A stretch of 48,392 bases of DNA from Coraliomargaritaceae bacterium (lineage in GTDB: Bacteria; Verrucomicrobiota; Verrucomicrobiia; Opitutales; Coraliomargaritaceae): the NCBI GenBank assembly GCA_965656495.1, contig CBFHKU010000004.1, positions 139,491-187,882 on the forward strand, given 5' to 3'. The notes beneath the pieces were generated by a model. That model had not been told where the DNA came from. It saw only the letters and a list, made by a program, of their open reading frames with translations, and searched no databases. Below, in pieces: positions 10,189 through 17,756 of this stretch. Position 1 is the first letter of the stretch. Every line of letters begins with the position of its first letter. The translations under genes and the position numbers were made by a program.

Positions 10189-10725
10189 ATGACAGCACCA
10201 TTCCAACGCCGCCTTCTTTTGCCCCTCCTTCTGATGGGTACGGCTTCCGCGGTAGCTGCCTCCATTGAAACGCAAAGCCCCTTCCTGCCGCCCAACCACG
10301 GCGTTGTCATCGCAAAACCACCCGCCCCCGCTCCCAGCGGAATCCTCGCCCGCGAACTCGAATTGCGCGGCATCATCCAAATCGGCGGAACCTTCCAATT
10401 CAGTGTCTTCAGCAAAAAAGAAAACATGGGATATTGGATTGCGGAAAACGAGAACGCCAACGGCATCAGCATCCGTGATTTTGACGCGAGTGATCAATCC
10501 GTAACCGTGACCAAAAACGGGCGCAGTGAACGACTCAGCCTTGTGGCTGCCAACGAAAAACCTCTCCCTATCAAAAACACCGGCCCGGTTGTCTCGCGGG
10601 GCTCCTCCGCTCGGCCTGCCGCTCCGACCCCAGCGTCCCTGCCTGCCCTGCTGAAGAACCAAACCAAGGCCAATCCCACTCCCGGCAATGTGGTTCGCCG
10701 CCGCGTCATCCTCCCCAAGAAATAA
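10189..10725 (+). CDS. Exported Pro-rich hypothetical protein, possible GspC-like accessory
   Basis: Signal-like N-terminus and an SPFLPP...LELRGI beta-rich segment resembling the GspC/PilP HR domain; last gene of the gsp cluster. Confidence 0.55.
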   Translation: MTAPFQRRLLLPLLLMGTASAVAASIETQSPFLPPNHGVVIAKPPAPAPSGILARELELRGIIQIGGTFQFSVFSKKENMGYWIAENENANGISIRDFDASDQSVTVTKNGRSERLSLVAANEKPLPIKNTGPVVSRGSSARPAAPTPASLPALLKNQTKANPTPGNVVRRRVILPKK

Positions 10726-10734
10726 GCGACCGGA

Positions 10735-11379
10735 ATGATCGAGATCCTCGATTGGGGACGCACCCCCTACGCTGCCGCCCTCGAACGCCAAAAGGAACGC
10801 CTCCGCGCTCGTTGCGCCGACCGCGTCCCCGATGCCCTCATCTTTACCGAGCATGAACCGGTCTTTACCACCGGGCTCCGCAAAGACGCCGAACAACACC
10901 TGCTCTGGGATGCGCAGGAACGCGATGCCCGGGGCATCCAATTCTTCCCCTCCAACCGAGGGGGCGACATCACCTACCACGGTCCGGGGCAAATCGTAGG
11001 CTACCCAATCCTTTCCCTCGTGCACCGCCGCGACCTCCACGCCTACCTCCGCGACCTCGAAACGATCCTTATTCAAACCCTCGCGCACTACGGTCTCGAA
11101 GCCACCCGTCGCGAAGGCAAAACCGGGATCTGGATTGAAACCCGCAAAATCTGCGCGATCGGCGTCGCTGTCAAAAAATGGGTCACCTATCACGGCTTCG
11201 CCCTCAACCTCAACCCGGACCTCGCGCATTTCGAGGGGATCGTTCCCTGCGGCATCACGGACGGCACCGTGACCTCCCTTCAGGCCGAACTCGATACAGC
11301 GCCCGGCCCCGATGAACTGAAAGCACGATTAGCAGTTGAATTTAAGCAGGTTTTCGGGAACACTAGCACGTTTTCATGA
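10735..11379 (+). CDS. lipB: Octanoyltransferase
   Basis: EHEPVFTTG, RGGDITYHGPGQ, KICAIG, HGFALN, IVPCGI. Confidence 0.96.
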   Translation: MIEILDWGRTPYAAALERQKERLRARCADRVPDALIFTEHEPVFTTGLRKDAEQHLLWDAQERDARGIQFFPSNRGGDITYHGPGQIVGYPILSLVHRRDLHAYLRDLETILIQTLAHYGLEATRREGKTGIWIETRKICAIGVAVKKWVTYHGFALNLNPDLAHFEGIVPCGITDGTVTSLQAELDTAPGPDELKARLAVEFKQVFGNTSTFS

Positions 11380-12272
11380 AGACCCGTAAACCAGAATGGC
11401 TCCGCGCCAAACTCCCGAGCAGTCCCGCTTATAAGGCGACGCATAAAATTGTTGAGGATAATCAACTGCATACCGTCTGCAAAAGCGCCCAATGCCCCAA
11501 CATGGGCGAATGCTGGTCACGCGGCACCGCCACCGTCATGATCCTCGGTAATATTTGCACCCGCTCTTGCCGCTTCTGCGCAGTCCAGACCGGGCGACCC
11601 ACCGAGCTCGACCTCGGCGAACCCGCCCGCGTCGCGGAATCCATCGCTAAAATGGATCTCAAACACACCGTGGTGACCTCCGTGGCGCGCGACGATCTCA
11701 AAGACGGCGGCGCCTCCGTCTGGGCCGCCACGATCCGCGCCATTCACCACCGCGTCCCCGAATGCGCCGTCGAAGTCCTGACCGCCGATTTCCGTGGACA
11801 ACAGGAATACCTCGACGTGGTGCTCGATGCCTGCCCCGATATTTTCAACCACAACCTCGAAACGGTTGAACGCCTGCAACGCCCGATCCGCAAAACCGCG
11901 CGTTACGACCGTTCCCTCTGGGTCCTCGAACACGCCAAATCCCGTGGCTTCATCACAAAGTCCGGCATCATGCTCGGAATCGGCGAGACCGAAGAGGAAA
12001 TTGAACAAGTCCTCAAAGACATGGCTGCGGTGGGGGTCGACATCCTCACGATTGGACAATACCTTCAGCCCACCCAAGAACATCAACCGGTTGACCGCTG
12101 GGTTACCCCCGAGGAATTTCAGCGCTGGAAGGACTACGCCCTCGAAGTTGGCTTTGGAGTTTGTGAATCCGGCCCCCTGGTGCGTTCCTCCTACCACGCC
12201 GATGAGCAATCCATGAAATTCGACGTGCGGGCACGGCGGATGGAAATGCTCGCCGCGCAGAAAGAGGCCTAG
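11376..12272 (+). CDS. lipA: Lipoyl synthase (radical SAM)
   Basis: CX4CX5C (CKSAQCPNMGEC), CX3CX2C (CTRSCRFC), RSSYHA. Confidence 0.97.
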   Translation: MKTRKPEWLRAKLPSSPAYKATHKIVEDNQLHTVCKSAQCPNMGECWSRGTATVMILGNICTRSCRFCAVQTGRPTELDLGEPARVAESIAKMDLKHTVVTSVARDDLKDGGASVWAATIRAIHHRVPECAVEVLTADFRGQQEYLDVVLDACPDIFNHNLETVERLQRPIRKTARYDRSLWVLEHAKSRGFITKSGIMLGIGETEEEIEQVLKDMAAVGVDILTIGQYLQPTQEHQPVDRWVTPEEFQRWKDYALEVGFGVCESGPLVRSSYHADEQSMKFDVRARRMEMLAAQKEA

Positions 12273-12297
12273 GCTCGCGCTCGAGCTAGAGCTAGAG

Positions 12298-13362
12298 CTA
12301 GACCCAGTTCTCGCCGTGCGCCTTGAGGGCTTTAGCGATGTCGCGCGCCAGGGAAGGACCGCGATAGACCCACCCGGTGTAGAGCTGCACCATCGAAGCG
12401 CCCGCATCCATCTTTTCGCCCGCGCTTTCGGGCGAATCCACCCCACCCACGCCCACGATCGGCAAAGCTCCGTTCGTGGCGCGATAAATGTAATTGATGA
12501 CCGCGTTGGAGCGTTCCCGCATGAAGGGCCCGCCGCTCCAACCGCCGCTCGTCTCGCCGGAAAAATTTGGGGGACGCGCAATGGTGGTATTGGTCGCGAT
12601 GACCCCGTCAAAGCCCAACTCCAGCAAGACCTCCAGAATGCCGTCAATTTCCCGGTAGCTCAAATCCGGCGCGATTTTCAAGAGCATCGGGTGTTTCTCA
12701 CGCCCGAGTTTGCGCGCCAGTTTGGCGTTCTCCGTCTGCAGCGCCGTCAAAAGGTCGCGTAAATACTGCGCCCCCTGAAGGTCGCGCAGACCCTCGGTGT
12801 TGGGACTGCTGATGTTCACCGTAAAATAATCCGCCTGATCCGCCAAAACCCGGAAACCGGTCAGGTAATCCTCCACCGCGTGCTCCAGAGGGGTGACTTT
12901 AGCCTTTCCGATGTTAATACCCACCGGCATCCCGCGCTTTCCCTTGGGGTAATGCTTGGCGAGGCGTGCCTGCATTGCCGCCGCTCCCTTGTTGTTGAAT
13001 CCCATGCGATTGACAAGGCCGTCACCTTCGGGGTGGCGAAAAAGCCGGGGGGCAGGATTACCGGGTTGGCCTTCCGGGGTGACCGTACCGACTTCGCTGT
13101 GGCCAAAACCAAGGGCCTCAACCGCGCGGGTGAACTCGCCGTCCTTGTCCATGCCCGCCGCAAGCCCGACGCGGTTTTTAAATTCCAGCCCAAAGAGCTG
13201 TACCGGATTGTCCTCTTTAACCTGCAAAAGCGTCTGCAATACGCGGCACGCCAGCGGCACGGCCCCGAGGGTCATCAAGGCGCGGCGACCACGCTCATGC
13301 GCTTGCTCCGGGCTCATTTTGAATAAAAAAGAGCGTATAATATTTTCGTACAGAACTCCCAT
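12298..13362 (-). CDS. pyrD: Quinone-dependent dihydroorotate dehydrogenase (class 2)
   Basis: GLAAGMDKDG, NRMGFNN, NISSPNTEGLR, KIAPDL, ATNTT, VQLYTG. Confidence 0.96.
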   Translation of the reverse strand: MGVLYENIIRSFLFKMSPEQAHERGRRALMTLGAVPLACRVLQTLLQVKEDNPVQLFGLEFKNRVGLAAGMDKDGEFTRAVEALGFGHSEVGTVTPEGQPGNPAPRLFRHPEGDGLVNRMGFNNKGAAAMQARLAKHYPKGKRGMPVGINIGKAKVTPLEHAVEDYLTGFRVLADQADYFTVNISSPNTEGLRDLQGAQYLRDLLTALQTENAKLARKLGREKHPMLLKIAPDLSYREIDGILEVLLELGFDGVIATNTTIARPPNFSGETSGGWSGGPFMRERSNAVINYIYRATNGALPIVGVGGVDSPESAGEKMDAGASMVQLYTGWVYRGPSLARDIAKALKAHGENWV

Positions 13363-13564
13363 GAGAATCAGGCCTCGCCTTTGAGACCGGTAATATGGAC
13401 TCGAACGATAGGTAATTTAAGCACCTTCACAAGAAAAATGCCCCGGATATATATTTGACTCAAATGACCGGTAAATAAATCTTGCCAGCCACAAAATTTA
13501 AATGCTCAAATTTTCAAAGAAGAGCGAATGGAACTTCTAACTCCACGCTTTTACTCTTTTAAAT

Positions 13565-14278
13565 ATGTCACAATCATCTGCGAAACTTACTTGGTGCAAA
13601 GCCCGCCTCGGCGAGGACATGAACTGGTGGATCACCGAAATCAGCGACCCCATCCATTGGGACCTCGATGGGCTCGGCATCATCGACCCCCGACAGTTCC
13701 AACACATTGTCGATCTCCTCGAGGCACTCAGTGACTACGGGCTCCAGACCAACCTCGTGGAAGAAGCGTTCTACACCTTCAATATCGGCAAGGTTGAAAA
13801 AGACAAATCCGTCCACCTTGAGCGCCAACAGGACAGCATTCTGGACTGCGAGGATCAGGTCTTCGCCCTCCCCGATGTGATCGACGAGGAAAAAGGCCCC
13901 TACGCGGACTTTATCGACCACATCACGAAGCTTCGCATCAAAATGCTCAACGACCTCATCGATTTCACCGAAAATCTCACCGTGGAGGAACTCGAGGAGG
14001 AAATCCGCGAAGCGCAAAATGCGGACTTCATGGAAGGCCGCGCCTCCCATTTCTTTAACGAAATAACCGCAATCCTTGAATACATCCCGGAAGGCTTCGA
14101 GCTCGAGGGTGAAGAGGCTCCCAAGAAATCCGAAGACGAGGAACTGGAAGAGGAACTCTCTGACGTCGACGAAGACACCGATGAAAAAATCGAGGCGGAC
14201 GATACGATGAAATGGGAGGAGGAGGAAGAAGAGGAAGAGGAATACGAAGCGCCCACCAGCCCGCCCGACGAAGACTAG
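13565..14278 (+). CDS. Hypothetical protein with a very acidic C-terminal tail
   Basis: 237-aa ORF with host-like C-ending codons and an AT-rich upstream region; no family recognised. Confidence 0.8.
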   Translation: MSQSSAKLTWCKARLGEDMNWWITEISDPIHWDLDGLGIIDPRQFQHIVDLLEALSDYGLQTNLVEEAFYTFNIGKVEKDKSVHLERQQDSILDCEDQVFALPDVIDEEKGPYADFIDHITKLRIKMLNDLIDFTENLTVEELEEEIREAQNADFMEGRASHFFNEITAILEYIPEGFELEGEEAPKKSEDEELEEELSDVDEDTDEKIEADDTMKWEEEEEEEEEYEAPTSPPDED

Positions 14279-14300
14279 CAGGGGGATTGAACGCCGCGCC

Positions 14301-14993
14301 TCAACTGCAAATCCAGTCGACCGCCGCCTCGATCCCGAGGGTTCCACGCAAGCGCCACATCACCACGACGGCGGCAATGCCCGCCGCAAGGCGTTGGATA
14401 TTCTGAAGTAAACGCGGCCCGGCGATTCGCTGTAAGCGCATAAACTGGGTCTGCGCAAGCCAGAGCAAAGGCAGGGTTCCCAATCCAAAGCCCACTGCAA
14501 ACTCGGCGCCCTGCAGGGCGGAACCGGTAAAAAGCGCGAGCCCGAAAATCATATAAAGCGGGCCGCAGGGCAGCAAAGGGCTGGCGAATCCGATGAGCCC
14601 CGCCGCCAGTGGTTTACCGAGACTTCGGAAACGCGCCGTCAATCCGCCATAGGCACGTCCCAGCCAGGTCGGCTTTGGGAAAAAACGATCCAAGCGGAAC
14701 GCCACCGCGACAAAAAAGAAAACGAGGAACCAGGGCAGGTAATTCAACCAACTCTCCTGCACCGCCCTTAAAATCACACTGCCAAAGGCGCCCGCCAAAG
14801 CGCCCACGATCAGATAACCCATGAGCTTCGCAAAGTGATACACCGTCAGCACGAGCTGCGGCGAGGCTTCCCCCGAGCGCACCGGCATAAAGGCACAGGA
14901 CAAGGGCCCGCACATCGCCACGCAGTGCACACTGGTCACCAAACCCGCCACAAACGCGGTGCCGCCATTATAAACTGATTCCAACTCAAACAC
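14301..14993 (-). CDS. TauE/SafE / DsbD_2-family membrane protein
   Basis: HCVAMCGPL, LLPCGPLY, FGLGTLP and multiple TM helices. Confidence 0.88.
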   Translation of the reverse strand: MFELESVYNGGTAFVAGLVTSVHCVAMCGPLSCAFMPVRSGEASPQLVLTVYHFAKLMGYLIVGALAGAFGSVILRAVQESWLNYLPWFLVFFFVAVAFRLDRFFPKPTWLGRAYGGLTARFRSLGKPLAAGLIGFASPLLPCGPLYMIFGLALFTGSALQGAEFAVGFGLGTLPLLWLAQTQFMRLQRIAGPRLLQNIQRLAAGIAAVVVMWRLRGTLGIEAAVDWICS

Positions 14994-15063
14994 AGCAGCA
15001 AGCTAGGCGAGCAACTACCACAGGACAACTTATTATCACCTTCAATTGCCCTGCTGGGGTGGA

Positions 15064-15176
15064 GGTTGGTTGTTCGTTGAAAGTTGGATGTTCGCGTTGC
15101 TTCGCGGGCAATCGTTTCATCCGTAGCCCCCTTACTCTTATTCTTAATCTTAATCTTAATCCTACTCTTACTCTCA
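15064..15176. repeat. Micro-repeat modules, partly inverted relative to the downstream composite repeat
   Basis: GTTGGTTGTTCGTTGAAAGTTGGATGTTCG (7-mer period). CTTACTCTTATTCTTAATCTTAATCTTAATCCTACTCTTACTCT at 15131-15174 is the reverse complement of the TAAGAT-type hexamer module. Confidence 0.8.
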
Positions 15177-15223
15177 ATCCCCTTCAACGATTTGCGCCGT
15201 TGGTAGTTGACCTGATTGCTTAC

Positions 15224-15322
15224 GTAGAAGCGACAATCCTGTCGCTTTCCAGCAACAGGACGTAGAAGCGACACTCTTGTCGCTTTCTTACCCAAGCAAA
15301 GCGGCAGGATTGCCGCTTCCAC
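15224..15322. repeat. Cluster of three REP-like palindromes (GTAG/GTGG + AAGCGRCA-N4-TGYCGCTT)
   Basis: 15224-15248 (+), 15262-15286 (+) and 15298-15322 (-); further minus-strand copies at 15632-15656 and 17432-17456. Confidence 0.85.
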
Positions 15323-15953
15323 GATTTACCGCGCCTTCGTGGTGAACACCTTCCCCTGATGAAGAATATTCTGAACCACAGATGACACAGATTTCCGCAG
15401 ATAATCTTTTACGGTGTCGTGATCTGCGCCCATCTGCGCAATCTGTGGTTTAATTCAATCCAATCGCCCCGTTTCAATGTTCTTCAGAGTAAGATTAAGA
15501 ATAAGAATAAGATTAAGACTTTGGATAATCCCGCCCCCTGCCCATTCGTGTCGATTCGTGTCCATTTGTGGTTCCAACTAACAACCATCAACTAACAACG
15601 CCCTCCCCATTCGTGGTTCCAACTAACAAGCAAAGCGGCAGGATTGCCGCTTCCACGATTTACCGCGCCTTCGTGGTGAACACCTTCCCCTGATGAAGAA
15701 TATTCTGAACCACAGATGACACAGATTTCCGCAGATAATCTTTTACGGTGTCGTGATCTGCGCCCATCTGCGCAATCTGTGGTTTAATTCAATCCAATCG
15801 CCCCGTTTCAATGTTCTTCAGAGTAAGATTAAGAATAAGAATAAGATTAAGACTTTGGATAATCCCGCCCCCTGCCCATTCGTGTCCATTCGTGGTTCCA
15901 ACTAACAACGTTCAACTAACAACGCCCTCCCCATTCGTGGTTCCAACTAACAA
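15293..15953. repeat. Two tandem copies (A 15293-15626, B 15627-15953) of an ~334-bp composite repeat
   Basis: Near-identical direct repeats starting CAAGCAAAGCGGCAGGATTGCC; copy B lacks one 10-mer of the ATTCGTGTC module. Confidence 0.95.
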
Positions 15954-15968
15954 CGTTCCTCACACCAC

Positions 15969-15997
15969 TTGCGATCTGTTCACCCGCAATCTTTAAT
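15969..15997 (+). promoter_or_regulatory. Possible sigma70 promoter for the YhcG gene
   Basis: TTGCGA-N17-TTTAAT in the AT-rich region before 16121. Confidence 0.35.
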
Positions 15998-16120
15998 TTA
16001 CATTATAGTATTTTTGGTTTACTTATATAAATATACCCTACAAAAGATTAAATCGGCAGGTAGTATCGATTCCATGCCTGAAAAATTCACACCCAAGCAA
16101 GCTTACAATTTCGCATGTAA

Positions 16121-17197
16121 GTGAAATCAAAAATTGACAACCTTCATATCATCCAGAGCGATGCAGGCCTTATAGCCGACCTCCGCTCCATGATCACGCA
16201 AACCCGCGAGGGAGTCGCTCAGGTTGCCAATCAGAGCCTAACCCTGCTCTATTGGCGAATCGGCAAGCGGATTCACACAGAAGTTCTTGGAAAGGAACGA
16301 GCTGAATACGGAAAAATGATTGTGTCCGCACTGAGTGCACAATTGCGAGCAGAGTTTGGACATGGCTTCACCAAGCGAAACCTATTTAATATGATCCGAT
16401 TTGCTGAAGTTTTTCCCGATCCTCAGATAGTGCACGCACTGAGTGCACAATTGGGGTGGACTCATTTTCGTACTCTCATTCCAATTAAAGACGAGCTTCA
16501 GCGTAACTTCTACGCCGAAATGTGCCGCGTAGAGCGCTGGAGCACCCGCACCCTCGTCAAAAAAATCGACTCCATGCTCTACGAGCGCACCGCCATTTCC
16601 AAGAAACCCAAGGAAGTCGCCAGAGCAGAACTCGCTGAGCTTCGTGACGAGGACAAGCTCACCCCTGACCTCGTCTTCCGCGATCCCTACCTCCTCGACT
16701 TTCTCGGCCTCCGGGATCGCTACCTTGAGAAGGATCTTGAAGACGCTATTCTGCGCGAACTCGAAACCTTCCTCCTGGAGCTCGGCCAGAGCTTCACCTT
16801 TCAGGCACGCCAGTTCCGCATCCCCATCGATTCAGACGACTTCTACCTCGACCTCCTTTTCTACCACCGCGGGCTCAGGCGCCTCATCGCCATCGACCTC
16901 AAACTCGGCGACTTCCAAGCGGAATACAAAGGCCAAATGGAACTTTACCTCCGCTGGCTCGCCAAACACGAACAGCAACCCGGCGAAAAACCGCCCCTCG
17001 GCCTCATTCTCTGCGCCGGGAAAAAGAAGGAGCAAATCGAATTATTAGAGTTGAACCAGAGCGGCATCCACGTCGCAGAATATTTGACTGCACTCCCTCC
17101 GCGCGAATTGCTCCAGCAAAAACTCCACACCGCCATCGAGATCTCGCGGGCACGATTGGAGCACAATTCTGATGATGACGCAGATTTCCGCAGATGA
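16121..17197 (+). CDS. YhcG/DUF1016 PD-(D/E)XK nuclease-domain protein
   Basis: LYWRIGKRI, GFTKRNLFNMIRFA, LGWTHF, WSTRTL, FRDPYLLDFLGL, EKDLE, FLLELG, DLLFYHRGLRRLIAIDLK, GQMELYL, PPLGLILC. Confidence 0.93.
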   Translation: MKSKIDNLHIIQSDAGLIADLRSMITQTREGVAQVANQSLTLLYWRIGKRIHTEVLGKERAEYGKMIVSALSAQLRAEFGHGFTKRNLFNMIRFAEVFPDPQIVHALSAQLGWTHFRTLIPIKDELQRNFYAEMCRVERWSTRTLVKKIDSMLYERTAISKKPKEVARAELAELRDEDKLTPDLVFRDPYLLDFLGLRDRYLEKDLEDAILRELETFLLELGQSFTFQARQFRIPIDSDDFYLDLLFYHRGLRRLIAIDLKLGDFQAEYKGQMELYLRWLAKHEQQPGEKPPLGLILCAGKKKEQIELLELNQSGIHVAEYLTALPPRELLQQKLHTAIEISRARLEHNSDDDADFRR

Positions 17198-17749
17198 TTG
17201 TTTACAGTGCCGTGATCTGCGCCCATCTGCGCAATCTGTGGTTTAATTCAATCCGATCGCCCCGTTTCAATGTTCGATGTTCGATGCACTTCAGAGTAAG
17301 AGTATGATTAAGACTAAGACTTTGGATAATCCCACCCCTGCCCATTTGTGTCGATTCGTGTCCATTCGTGGTTCCAACTAACAACGTTCAACAAACAACT
17401 ACCTCCCCATTCGTGGTTCCAAACAACAAGCAAAGCGGCAGGATTGCCGCTTCCACGAGATACCGCGCCTTCGTGGTGAACAACTTTCCTGATGAAGAGT
17501 ATTCTGAACCGCAGATGACGCAGATTTTCGCAGATGATTTCTAATGGTACCTTGATCTGCGCCCATCTGCGCAATCTGTGGTTTAATTCAATCCGATCGC
17601 CCCGTTTCAATGTTAGATGTTCGATGCACTTCAGAGTAAGATTAAGAGGAGGAGAAAGAGTATGATTAAGAATAAGAGTTGGACTTAGGGTAATCACAAC
17701 CTTCCCACTTTCATACCTTCAAACTTTTCCACCTTCCTACCTTCCCACC
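17174..17749. repeat. Composite repeat copies C (5'-truncated, 17174-17426) and D (17427-17749, ending in the 8-mer tract)
   Basis: Same module order as copies A/B with point differences. Copy C overlaps the YhcG stop codon; the D tail matches 25-118. Confidence 0.92.
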
Positions 17750-17756
17750 AGAGTCC

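Noticed and set aside
9685..11229. 514-aa minus-strand ORF and similar long antisense or alternate-frame ORFs across the window
   Set aside because: They overlap well-supported genes and are expected in GC-rich DNA.
16121..17197. YhcG gene as an IS transposase
   Set aside because: No DDE, HUH or recombinase motifs, and no terminal inverted repeats with a target duplication; motifs match DUF1016.
14936..17697. Short ORFs over the repeats (14936-15322, 14986-15177, 15059-15265, 15811-15996, 17202-17384, 17314-17697)
   Set aside because: Low-complexity translations of micro-repeats (IKIKIK, LRLRLR, LNLNLN) with no family motifs.
15293..17749. CRISPR array
   Set aside because: The period is ~334 bp, sequences between motifs are homologous rather than unique spacers, and there are no cas genes.
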